A stretch of 64,000 nt of DNA from Vicinamibacterales bacterium (lineage in GTDB: Bacteria; Acidobacteriota; Vicinamibacteria; Vicinamibacterales; CAVVIG01). A program made the translations under genes and the position numbers. The notes beneath the pieces were generated by a model. That model ran no database searches, had not been told where the DNA came from, and saw nothing but the letters and a program-made list of their open reading frames with translations. Below are positions 9,049 to 17,683 of this stretch, piece after piece. Every line of letters starts with the position of its first letter. Position 1 is the first letter of the stretch. The stretch lies in contig JBFXAT010000016.1 in NCBI GenBank assembly GCA_050183995.1, forward strand, positions 1,443-65,442. The letters are read 5' to 3'.

Positions 9049-10269
9049 TCATTTCTTCACGAACTTCCGGACGTTCATCAAGAAGTCCGCGCCGTACACG
9101 TTCCCGTCGCGATCGACCGTCACACCTTCCGCGAGACTCGAGGCGGCCGGATATGGGTACGGACATGGATCGGGGATGAAGGATCGGACCTCCCCCGTGC
9201 GTGCGTTGCCGATTCGGATGCCGCGACGCGCGCCCAGGTTGTATCCATAGCCGGTCTGCGCGAGTGCGAAGCGACCGGTATTCGTCCGTCCATCGCGCGA
9301 CTCGGAGTCCGCCACATAGAGGGTGTCGGTACGTGTGTCCACGTACATGCCGCTCGGCCGTCCGAACTGATACCACATCGTGACGAAGCGGCCGTCGGGT
9401 TCGAAGATCTGTATCCGGTTGTTCTGCCGATCGCCGACGAGCACGCGACCGCGTCCATCGATCACGATCGTGTGGGGCACGTCGAACTCGCCCGGCCCCA
9501 TGCCTTTCTTGCCCCACGTGGTGAGGAACCTTCCAGCCTTGTCGAACTTCACGACGCGGGCGTTCCCGACTGCCGTGCCGCCACCCGTGTGGCCGTCCGC
9601 CACGAAGATGTCGCCGTTGGCCGCCACCGCCACCTCGGTCGGGGCGTCGAACTGATCGCGTCCAGGGCCGGCGACTCCTTTCTGTCCCAACGTGAGGAGC
9701 ACGGTGCCGGACTGATCCAGCTTCAGCACCGTGTGTGCGCCGTTGTCGGCGACCCACAGGTTGCCCTCCCGGTCGACGGTCAGCTTGTGAGGGTTGACGA
9801 AGGTGCCGGCACCGAATGACTTCAAGAGCCGTCCGCTCGCATCGAACTGAAAGATGGGGTCCACGGACGCATTCGCGCCGCCGCAGCTGGTTCCGCCGGC
9901 CCCGGACGCGCCGCAGCGGTCGACGACCCAGAGCGTGCCGTCCGGCGCGGTCGTGATGCTTGCCGTCGAACCCCAGCGCCGTCCCGGCGGCAGCTGACCC
10001 CAGTCGACGCCCTCCCGATACGGATCGGGCAGGTCGTTGCGCGCTCCGAGCAGCGAGACCGCAGGCAGGCGCACGGGATATTCGCCTGGCGGAAAGGTCG
10101 GCGTTGCGCTGCGCCCAGCCGGCGGCGGAGCCGTTGGCACTCCACACGATGTCGCGAGCGGTCCTGCCGACGACGCTTCCGCGGCAGAAGGGGATTGGGC
10201 GGTGGTAGGGGCGAGCGAGAGAACGAGGAGGACGCCGACACCCAATGACGTGGTCGCAGCGAGCTTCAT
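9049..10269 (-). CDS. Secreted NHL-repeat beta-propeller protein, paralog of 7992..8963
   Basis: 406-aa ORF. A signal peptide (MKLAATTSLGVGVLLVLSLAPTTAQ) is followed by NHL repeats (FVADGHTGGGTAVGNARVVKFDKAGR, VLVGDRQNNRIQIFEPDGR). Confidence 0.85.
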   Translation of the reverse strand: MKLAATTSLGVGVLLVLSLAPTTAQSPSAAEASSAGPLATSCGVPTAPPPAGRSATPTFPPGEYPVRLPAVSLLGARNDLPDPYREGVDWGQLPPGRRWGSTASITTAPDGTLWVVDRCGASGAGGTSCGGANASVDPIFQFDASGRLLKSFGAGTFVNPHKLTVDREGNLWVADNGAHTVLKLDQSGTVLLTLGQKGVAGPGRDQFDAPTEVAVAANGDIFVADGHTGGGTAVGNARVVKFDKAGRFLTTWGKKGMGPGEFDVPHTIVIDGRGRVLVGDRQNNRIQIFEPDGRFVTMWYQFGRPSGMYVDTRTDTLYVADSESRDGRTNTGRFALAQTGYGYNLGARRGIRIGNARTGEVRSFIPDPCPYPYPAASSLAEGVTVDRDGNVYGADFLMNVRKFVKK

Positions 10270-10466
10270 TCGAGCCTCCGTTGCGGACCGGCGCGTGGCC
10301 GCGGCAAGACTATAGCCCGGCTTCGTGGAGCGCCAGCCAGAGCTCTGCCGCTGCTCGCCAGAGGCACCGGGTACGACACCGAGGCGAGCAGAACGCGCTC
10401 CGCGGCGTTCCGCCCGTGAGCACCCATCACCACCGGTCGGCGCCCCACTACTTCGGCCTCATCCAA
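10266..10466 (-). pseudogene. Possible remnant of a universal stress protein (C-terminal third only)
   Basis: The 66-aa ORF reads ...RRPVVMGAHGRNAAERVLLASVS.... This fits the Usp ATP-binding pattern G-x2-G-x9-G(S/T), with Ala in place of the last Gly. The N-terminal two thirds of a Usp domain are missing, and GC3 decays toward the 3' end. Confidence 0.3.
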
Positions 10467-10476
10467 GGATTGCGCC

Positions 10477-11472
10477 TCAACGTTTGGCGAGCGCTGCTGC
10501 GACGATGGCGACGGCCATCGCGCTGACCGCGGCCAACACCCCGCGGTGTTCCGACAGCCTGGTTTGCCAGCTCGTGCCGTGCGCCGCTGCGCCGAATCGC
10601 CCGTGAGCGCCGAAATCGCGCTGCTCGTCGACAGGCGTCCAGAGGTTGAACGGCCGGTCCGGCCGCTCGCGTTCGTCGGTCTGTTGCGACGCGTACCCGG
10701 TCCTTGCGAGATACCAGTCGCCCACGCCGGGCAGCAGCTTGTTCCCGACGATGGCCACGGTCGTCGAGACGCCGACGAAGAGCTCGCGCCGATCGTGCTC
10801 GCTGGCCCAGACGATCGCGTCCGCCGCGACCTCCGGCTGGTAGATCGGGGGGACTGGCTGCGCCCGGCCGTCGAGACGGCTCTTCACCCACTCGAACTGC
10901 GGCGTATTCATGGCCGGCAGCTGCACCATGGTCAGCCGGACGGCTGATTGATCGTGCAGCAGCTCGGCGCGCAGGGAATCGCAAAAGCCCTGAATAGCGT
11001 GCTTGGCCCCGCAGTAGGCCGCCTGCAAGGGGATTCCGCGGTACGCAAGCGCCGACCCCACCTGCACGATCGATCCGTGATCGCGCGGGAGCATCCGCCG
11101 AAGGGCGGCGAGCGTCCCGTGGACGACCCCGAGATAGGTGACCTCGGTGACGCGCCTGAATTCGTCCGCCGTCATCATCTTGACCGGGCTGAACACGCTG
11201 GTCATCGCGTTGTTCACCCAGACGTCGATCGGCCCGAGCTCGTCCTCAGCGCGTGCCGCCGCTGCCTCTACCTGCTCCGGATCGGCGACGTCGGTAGGCA
11301 CGACGATCGCTCGTCCACCGAGGCGTTCGACGTCTCGCCGAGCACCCTCCAGGCCCGCTCGCCCCCGCGCGAGGAGGGCGATCTTGTCACCGCGCCTCGC
11401 GAAGGCACATGCCGTGGCCCGTCCCACTCCTGCGGATGCGCCGGTTACAACGATCACCTTGCCTTGGTTCAT
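10477..11472 (-). CDS. Short-chain dehydrogenase/reductase with a C-terminal membrane-anchor-like helix
   Basis: Shows the cofactor-binding motif VIVVTGASAGVGRA, the catalytic motif YCGAKHA and the motif NNAM. The C-terminus is VLAAVSAMAVAIVAAALAKR. I chose the start at ATG 11472 (MNQGKVIVVTGAS) rather than the track start 11583. Confidence 0.85.
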   Translation of the reverse strand: MNQGKVIVVTGASAGVGRATACAFARRGDKIALLARGRAGLEGARRDVERLGGRAIVVPTDVADPEQVEAAAARAEDELGPIDVWVNNAMTSVFSPVKMMTADEFRRVTEVTYLGVVHGTLAALRRMLPRDHGSIVQVGSALAYRGIPLQAAYCGAKHAIQGFCDSLRAELLHDQSAVRLTMVQLPAMNTPQFEWVKSRLDGRAQPVPPIYQPEVAADAIVWASEHDRRELFVGVSTTVAIVGNKLLPGVGDWYLARTGYASQQTDERERPDRPFNLWTPVDEQRDFGAHGRFGAAAHGTSWQTRLSEHRGVLAAVSAMAVAIVAAALAKR

Positions 11473-11610
11473 CACCTTGCCCTGATTTGCTCGAGTCACA
11501 CCATGCGAGCGTCCAAAGCGCGTTCCACACTCCGGTTCGCCAGCGGGATGTCGCATGTCGAGGCGCCAATCGGAAGCGCACACGACGGATTCGCGCCCGC
11601 GCTCATGGCT

Positions 11611-11976
11611 TCAGCGAGAATCGAGCTGGCCGGTGCGTGGGGCGTCGAGAACCCCGGTGCGCGGTCCGGCGACGGTGCCGAGGCCCCGCGGCTGAGGTCC
11701 GACGCTGTCCCGAGTCAGCACGTCGACACCGATCATCGTCATCAGCAGCAGGGCCAGTCCGACGCCCAGCGCGAACGCCCACCGGCTGATGGAGGGCTGC
11801 GTCACGAGGTGCATGAAGAAGGCGCTGATGAGCACCGCTTTCGCAAGCGCGATCCCGAGCGCGAGCACGGGCGACCACGCGCCCAATGGGGCGAATGAGA
11901 GCAGGAAGCTCGCCACTGCCAGCAGCAGCAGCCAGATCCACACGCGGACGATCCCCGACGGACGTGAAGGAGGCAC
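11611..11976 (-). CDS. Cytochrome c oxidase subunit IV family small membrane protein
   Basis: 121 aa with three hydrophobic helices and the motif AKAVLISAFFMHL. The GTG start lies 1 nt after the subunit III stop, in the expected operon position. Confidence 0.75.
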   Translation of the reverse strand: MPPSRPSGIVRVWIWLLLLAVASFLLSFAPLGAWSPVLALGIALAKAVLISAFFMHLVTQPSISRWAFALGVGLALLLMTMIGVDVLTRDSVGPQPRGLGTVAGPRTGVLDAPRTGQLDSR

Positions 11977-11977
11977 G

Positions 11978-12616
11978 TCAGCCCCGCATCAGATAGAACA
12001 TCGGCCAGAGGAATACCCAGACGATGTCGACGAAGTGCCAATAGATGCCGGCCAGCTCGAGTGGCGTGTGGTAGGCGGCGTCGAGGCGCTGATTGCGCGT
12101 GAGCAGCAGCATCCAGATCATCAGTGCGATGCCGATCGCGACGTGCACGGCGTGGATCCCGGTCATCGCGTAGTAAAGCGTGAAGAAGACCCGTGCGCCT
12201 CGATCGGGCAGCTCGGCGTATGCGTAGTACGCGCCCGGATAGATCCCTTCGCGGAAGTGATGGACGTACTCGAGCAGCTTGAGGCCGAGGAACAGAAGGC
12301 CGAGCGTGGCGGTGCCCGCGAGCAGCATCTGCACGGATCGAATGCGCCAGCCCGCGCCAATGCCGTGTACGCACAGCGCGACGAGCAGACTGCTCGTGAG
12401 CAGGATGAAGGTGTTGGCGGTGCCGAGCGCGAGATCGGTGTGTCGGGCGGCTTCCCGGAACAGATCCCCGTACTCGAAGCGGTACGCCGCGAACAGGCCG
12501 AACAGTCCCGAGAAGAAGAGCACCTCGCTCGCCAGGAAGACCCACATCCCGAGCTCGGCGGCGTGCGTCTGCTGTTCGAGATCCTGGAACTGCTCCTGAA
12601 CGTCGCCCGTGAACAT
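11978..12616 (-). CDS. ctaE: Cytochrome c oxidase subunit III
   Basis: 212 aa. Contains LGMWVFLASEVLFFSGLF and YWHFVDIVWVFLWPMFY. An ATGA overlap links it to the subunit I stop. Confidence 0.92.
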   Translation of the reverse strand: MFTGDVQEQFQDLEQQTHAAELGMWVFLASEVLFFSGLFGLFAAYRFEYGDLFREAARHTDLALGTANTFILLTSSLLVALCVHGIGAGWRIRSVQMLLAGTATLGLLFLGLKLLEYVHHFREGIYPGAYYAYAELPDRGARVFFTLYYAMTGIHAVHVAIGIALMIWMLLLTRNQRLDAAYHTPLELAGIYWHFVDIVWVFLWPMFYLMRG

Positions 12617-14226
12617 CAGTCGGGCTCCGCGCGGTAGTCATGCGGTCGACGCGTGATGCGGGGAGGCGCCGGGAAGTTGTGCGTCGGGGGCGGCGAGTCG
12701 GTCATCCATTCGAACCCCCGTGACCCCCACGGGTTTGGTCCCGCGGCCGGCCCCTTGAACAGTGACCACCCGAGATAGGCGACCGTCGCGAGAAGGCCGC
12801 TCGCCAACGCCCACGATCCGGCTGTCGAGATGACGTTCAGCACTTGGTACGCCGGCGGATACTGCCCGTAGCGGCGCGGCATCCCCATGTTGCCCAGGAG
12901 GAACTGGGGTGTGAAGGTGACGACGAAGCCGATGAACACGGCGCTGGCGGTCACGAGGGCGAACCGCTCCGAGTACATGCGGCCGAACATCTTGGGCCAC
13001 CAATAGTGGAGCGCCGACAGGAAGCCCATCATTGCGGCGCCGACCATCACGAAATGAAAGTGGCCCACGATGAAGTAGGTGGCGTGCCAGGGCACGTCCA
13101 GCGACGAGGTGGCGACGGCGACGCCGGAGAGCCCGCCCCACCCGAACAGGAAGACGAACGCGACGAAATAGGCGAGCGGCGTCGTGAACGCAATCGATCC
13201 GCGATAGAGGGTGCCGACCCAGAGGAAGACCTTGATGGCCGAGAACACCGCGACGGCCATCGAGAAAAACGAGAACGCGATCGTGTCGACCGTGGACATC
13301 CCCGAGACGAACATGTGGTGCCCCCACACCAGGAACCCCACGATGGCGATGCCCACTGTGGCGCCGACCATCCACTCGTAGGAGAGCGTGAACTTGCGCG
13401 AGAAGGTCTCCACCACCTCGCTCATCACGCCCATCGCCGGCAGGATCATGATGTAGACGGCCGGGTGCGAATAGAACCAGAAGAGGTGCTGATAGAGGAT
13501 CGGGTCGCCGCCCAGCTGCGGGTCGAACAGGCCCCAGCGAAAGGCGTGATCGATGGCCACGAGCAGCAGCGCCATGCCGAGCACGGGCGTGGCGCAGACC
13601 AGCACGATGCTGGTCGCATAGATCGTCCAGACGAACAGCGGGATGCGGTTCCACGTCATCCCCTCGGCCCGCAGCGTGTGCGTCGTCACGACGAAGTTGA
13701 TGCCGGTCATCGTCGATGAGATGCCGAGGACGAAGACTCCGGCGGCAACCCACGTGACCGCGGTTGGTGAGCTCGAGCTGTACGGAGGATAGAAGGTCCA
13801 CCCGGTGTCGGCCCCACCGATGAACAGTGCGGCCACCACCCAGAGCGCGCCGGCGAGATAGACGTAGAGGCTCGCCAGGTTCAAACGCGGGAAGGCGAGA
13901 TCGCGCGCGCCGAGCATGAGCGGCACCAGGAAGTTCCCGAACGAGTTGGGAATCGACGGGATGAGGAACGCCCAGACCATGATGACGCCGTGCATGGTGA
14001 AGAGGCGGTTGTAGGTCTCGGCGGTCGTCAGGTCCTGCGGCGGCGTGAGCAGCTCGAGCCGGATGATCATCGCGAACACTCCGCCCAGCGCGAGCGCCAG
14101 CGTCGTCGCAACGAGGAACATCACGCCAATGCGCTTGTGGTCGGTCGTGGTCAGCCACGAGCGGATCCGCGGATCCGCGTTGAGGTAGTCCGTGCCGCCG
14201 GTCGCGACGATGACCGTCTCGCTCAC
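12616..14226 (-). CDS. ctaD: Cytochrome c oxidase subunit I (heme-copper oxidase)
   Basis: This is the last 536 codons of track ORF 12616..14979. Contains TTDHKRIGVMFLV, LFWFYSHPAVYIMILPAMG and HFHFVMVG. GTG at 14224-14226 overlaps the subunit II stop (GTGA). Confidence 0.95.
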   Translation of the reverse strand: MSETVIVATGGTDYLNADPRIRSWLTTTDHKRIGVMFLVATTLALALGGVFAMIIRLELLTPPQDLTTAETYNRLFTMHGVIMVWAFLIPSIPNSFGNFLVPLMLGARDLAFPRLNLASLYVYLAGALWVVAALFIGGADTGWTFYPPYSSSSPTAVTWVAAGVFVLGISSTMTGINFVVTTHTLRAEGMTWNRIPLFVWTIYATSIVLVCATPVLGMALLLVAIDHAFRWGLFDPQLGGDPILYQHLFWFYSHPAVYIMILPAMGVMSEVVETFSRKFTLSYEWMVGATVGIAIVGFLVWGHHMFVSGMSTVDTIAFSFFSMAVAVFSAIKVFLWVGTLYRGSIAFTTPLAYFVAFVFLFGWGGLSGVAVATSSLDVPWHATYFIVGHFHFVMVGAAMMGFLSALHYWWPKMFGRMYSERFALVTASAVFIGFVVTFTPQFLLGNMGMPRRYGQYPPAYQVLNVISTAGSWALASGLLATVAYLGWSLFKGPAAGPNPWGSRGFEWMTDSPPPTHNFPAPPRITRRPHDYRAEPD

Positions 14227-15356
14227 GGGGACACTCCGCGAGGGGCCGGCGCCAGTCCGTCGATTGGGCCGTCTGGCAGCGGTGCGACGACGTGAGGCTG
14301 ACTGGCGTCGCGCAGCGACTTGATGAACTCGATGATCGCGGCGGTATCGGCTGGCGTCAGCAGACCCTGGTAGCTCGGCATCACCGGATCGAAGCCGTTC
14401 ACCACCTCGACGGCGGGATCCATCATCGACCGCGTCATGTAGGCTTCGTCGACGCGAACCCTCGTGCCGTCGCGAAGCGGCTCCTCGGAGTCGTACACGC
14501 CGAGCCATGTCGGCCCGATATGGCGTTGGCCATCGATGGTGTGGCACTTCAGGCACGCGAACGCGGCCGCCGCACGGCGCCCTTGCTCCACGCGCGTCTC
14601 GAACGCGCGCGGCGAGACACGGGTCTCGGCATCCGGCGTCGGCAGGCCAATGGACGCTGGAGAAACCGCGGGCTGGTCCCCCTGCTTCCAACGGGAGTAG
14701 TCGGGACCGTCGAGCACCACGATCTGCGCCCACATTCCGGCGTGGCCGGCACCGCACATCTCCGCGCACATGACCTGGAAGGCGCCAGGTGTCGTCGCTT
14801 CGAACCAGACGGATGTGTAGGTGCCAGGCACGGCATCCTGCTTGATGCGAAACGCCGGCACCCAGAAGCTGTGGATGACGTCTCGGGAGGTCAGCAGAAG
14901 GCGGATCGGCTGATGCAGCGGCACGTACAGCACGTCGACCGATCCGCCGCCGTCGGCGTAGGCAAACTTCCAGGTCCACTGCTTTCCGGTGACGTAGACG
15001 TCGGCTGCGCCGCGCGGAGCCGACCGCAGGGTGGTGAACTGCGCCTGCCCGATCGCCCAGAACACGACGAACAGGCCGAACATGCCCAGCGCGTACGCGC
15101 CAACCAGTCCCGAGGCCTGCACGTCCGGCGGGCGATCCGCGTCGCCGCGTCTCCGGAAGCGGATCAGGAACACGACGGTGGTCGTCATGAATACGACGGC
15201 TATCGCCGTGTAGATCGTAATTTCCAGATAGTGCAGCGCGTCGATTGACGACGAGACCGAAGATGCCTGTGGCGGCAGCATGAGCACTGTCCGGTACACG
15301 CGGTTCAACGCACCGACCACTGTCCAGAACGACGAAGGAAGATGGAGGAACTGCAT
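14223..15356 (-). CDS. ctaC: Cytochrome c oxidase subunit II with a fused C-terminal cytochrome c domain (caa3 type)
   Basis: Shows the CuA motif CAEMCGAGHAGM, the sequence HSFWVPAFRIKQDAVPG, and a C-terminal heme c site CLKCH. Confidence 0.93.
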   Translation of the reverse strand: MQFLHLPSSFWTVVGALNRVYRTVLMLPPQASSVSSSIDALHYLEITIYTAIAVVFMTTTVVFLIRFRRRGDADRPPDVQASGLVGAYALGMFGLFVVFWAIGQAQFTTLRSAPRGAADVYVTGKQWTWKFAYADGGGSVDVLYVPLHQPIRLLLTSRDVIHSFWVPAFRIKQDAVPGTYTSVWFEATTPGAFQVMCAEMCGAGHAGMWAQIVVLDGPDYSRWKQGDQPAVSPASIGLPTPDAETRVSPRAFETRVEQGRRAAAAFACLKCHTIDGQRHIGPTWLGVYDSEEPLRDGTRVRVDEAYMTRSMMDPAVEVVNGFDPVMPSYQGLLTPADTAAIIEFIKSLRDASQPHVVAPLPDGPIDGLAPAPRGVSP

Positions 15357-16180
15357 CAGGAGATCGGCTTCCGGCGCCAGAGCAGGAACAGCATCGACCC
15401 GACCGCGAGAGTGACGGACAGACCGGTGATCCTCAGCATCCAGGCGACGAAGGTGCCATGCCGGCGCAGGGAGGGAACGTAGTGGAAGCAGCGCATCAGG
15501 AACGTCTCGAGGGAATGGACGCGCCGGTTCTCTCGCCCTGAGGCCAGCGCGTCCGCCATCTCGCGACCTTCGAAGGTGATGCCGTAGAGATAGCGGGAGA
15601 GCCTGCCGTCGGCGCCGACGATGAACACGGCACTGGCGTGGGCGTACTGCCGCGTCTCCTCGTCGTACGCGTATGCGAACCCAAGCGCCTCCGCAAGACG
15701 ACGGATGCTCGCCTCGTCACCCACGAGAAACGGCCACGCGTCGTCGGCGAGCGGGACGCCGAGCACGGCGGCACTCCGGTTCCGCCACTGTCGGGCGAGC
15801 TCGGGTGTGTCACTCGGGTCGATGCTCAGCGTGACCGCACGGAAGTCGTCTCCGATGTGCCATCCGGAATCCCGGAAGGCTGCCGCCGCCCCTTCCTGGG
15901 CGAGCCGGCAGAGCATGGGGCAGGTGAAGTACGCGAGGCTGATGACGAGAGGCTTGCCGCCAATCAGCTCATCGAGGCTGGCGGGATCGCCATTGTGGTT
16001 CGTGAACTGGAGCTCCCGCGGGAGGGCCTCGCCAAGGCGTTCGACGATCTCGGCTGCCTGCAGCGCGCCCTGGGCCTCGGCCGATGCCGGTGTTACGGCG
16101 GCCAATGCACACGCGAGCAGCGTGGGGGCCAAGAAGAGCATTGCGACCCCGATGGGTCGGACGTGGCGATCACTCCACAT
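15356..16180 (-). CDS. SCO1/SenC copper chaperone with an extra C-terminal transmembrane extension
   Basis: Thioredoxin-fold motif FTCPMLC. An ATGA overlap links it to the ctaC start. The start is ambiguous: in-frame candidates are at 16195, 16180 and 16141, and I list 16180. Confidence 0.85.
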   Translation of the reverse strand: MWSDRHVRPIGVAMLFLAPTLLACALAAVTPASAEAQGALQAAEIVERLGEALPRELQFTNHNGDPASLDELIGGKPLVISLAYFTCPMLCRLAQEGAAAAFRDSGWHIGDDFRAVTLSIDPSDTPELARQWRNRSAAVLGVPLADDAWPFLVGDEASIRRLAEALGFAYAYDEETRQYAHASAVFIVGADGRLSRYLYGITFEGREMADALASGRENRRVHSLETFLMRCFHYVPSLRRHGTFVAWMLRITGLSVTLAVGSMLFLLWRRKPIS

Positions 16181-16544
16181 GGGCGCCCTCCACAATCAGT
16201 TCCATGGCGCGGCCGATTGGAATCGCGGCAAGGCCGCGCTCGCGATCGACCCACTCGTACGACTCGAGCGCCTGGCGCTTCGCCGCCCAATCGCTCGAGG
16301 GCGGAGCCTGAGCTTCGAACAGCGTCCGATCTCCCGTGTCGAGCGCGGATGCTGCGTACGTGGCCGCGGCCGCCGGAATGTGCGGTCGCGGAGTGCCTGG
16401 CCCGTGGGAGGTTGAGGGCGTCACGAGCCACGTGAGCAGCGCTCCGATCGCGAGCAGCGCCGCAATCCCGGTCGCCGCGCGGTAGACGACGCGGCGTGGG
16501 ACGCGATCGCGCTCCTGTCGAAGGGCGGCCGTGTCAGTCGTCAT
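16170..16544 (-). CDS. Hypothetical single-pass membrane protein (124 aa) between actF and SCO1; positional ActG-like candidate
   Basis: In-frame ATG inside track ORF 16170..17828, with an ATGA overlap onto the actF stop. GC3 is high throughout. One TM helix (AATGIAALLAIGALLTWLV) is present, and the C-terminal motif is YEWVDRERGLAAIPIGRAMELIVEG. Confidence 0.65.
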   Translation of the reverse strand: MTTDTAALRQERDRVPRRVVYRAATGIAALLAIGALLTWLVTPSTSHGPGTPRPHIPAAAATYAASALDTGDRTLFEAQAPPSSDWAAKRQALESYEWVDRERGLAAIPIGRAMELIVEGAHVE

Positions 16545-17683
16545 GCGCCCGAGTACCTCAGCGACCGGTCGAGTGACGGATCGCCGATCGGAATACGTGC
16601 GTGGTCGCGTGCCCGCCACAGCGCCACGCCGCCGACGATGCCGGCGACGGTGGCGAGCGCGGCCGCGTCGAGCCAGTGGAGCGCCACGCCGCCAGGGTGC
16701 CGAGCAGGGGTGACCAGCCAATAGACGTCGGCGTAGTGCATGAACAGCAGCCAGACGCCCAGCCGTCGCAGGATGCTCGCACGGCGCTTCCACGCGTGTG
16801 GCACCATCGCGACGACTGGCACGACGAAGTGTCCGAACGCGACGGCGAGCCCGAAGGCCAGCCAACTTCCCCTGGCGCGCGGCAGGTACCAGCGGATCTC
16901 CACTGGGAGATCGCCGATCCACACGATGAGCAGCTGCGCGAAGCTGACGTACGCCCAGAAGGTCGCGAAGGTCAGGATCATCTTGCCGATCGCAGCGCGA
17001 TGCTCCGCGCTGACCGCGCCAGACAGGGTCGTGTGCCCTGGCGTGTCGGCGAGGACGGCGAGCAGCCCCAGGGCACCGACCATGGCGCCGGCGAACAGCT
17101 GGACGCCGAAGATCGTCGAGTACCAATCGGGCGAGAGCGACATGACCCAATCGATGGCGGCGAAGGCCAGCGTGAAAGCGAGGAGGATCAGTGCCGGTCC
17201 GCCGATCCGGTCGGGGCTGTCCCAACGCCACACGCGGCCGGACGGGCCGTCCTGGTCGAGCGACCACCGGCGCAGCCGATCGCCAACGATGACCCAGCTG
17301 GCGAGATAGGCCGCCGATCGCACCAGGAAGAATGGAGTGTTGAGATACGCGGACTTGCGCAGCACGCTCTCGCGGGCCACCTCGTCGAGATCGGCCGGGT
17401 GAACCCAGGGATACAGCCAGTGCATCCCCACGGCAATGGGCACGAAGAGCGGAATCAGAACCGGAAGTGCCGCGGTCACGTCTTCCGTCGCGCGTCGCAT
17501 GACGACGAACCATGTCGCACCGATTACGTGCTGGATCAGCACGAGCATCAGCGCGGCGACGAGGATTCCGGCGACGGAGACGAACGCGGTGAGGTAGGAG
17601 AAGGCGGCCTGCGCCGGATCGATGAACGCACCGACCGCGAGCGCGGCTCCGCCGATCGTCGCTACGATCAGGGACACCTTCAT
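16541..17683 (-). CDS. actF: Alternative complex III subunit ActF (NrfD-like membrane subunit)
   Basis: 380-aa polytopic membrane protein in the canonical position after actE. ATGA overlaps occur at both ends. Confidence 0.85.
   Translation of the reverse strand: MKVSLIVATIGGAALAVGAFIDPAQAAFSYLTAFVSVAGILVAALMLVLIQHVIGATWFVVMRRATEDVTAALPVLIPLFVPIAVGMHWLYPWVHPADLDEVARESVLRKSAYLNTPFFLVRSAAYLASWVIVGDRLRRWSLDQDGPSGRVWRWDSPDRIGGPALILLAFTLAFAAIDWVMSLSPDWYSTIFGVQLFAGAMVGALGLLAVLADTPGHTTLSGAVSAEHRAAIGKMILTFATFWAYVSFAQLLIVWIGDLPVEIRWYLPRARGSWLAFGLAVAFGHFVVPVVAMVPHAWKRRASILRRLGVWLLFMHYADVYWLVTPARHPGGVALHWLDAAALATVAGIVGGVALWRARDHARIPIGDPSLDRSLRYSGA

Noticed and set aside
12616-14979. A 787-aa version of cytochrome oxidase subunit I, and the 506-aa off-frame ORF at 12638..14158
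   Set aside because: The N-terminal 250 aa of the long ORF overlap ctaC in another frame and are junk-like. GTG at 14226 gives a canonical 536-aa subunit I, and the off-frame ORF has no motifs.
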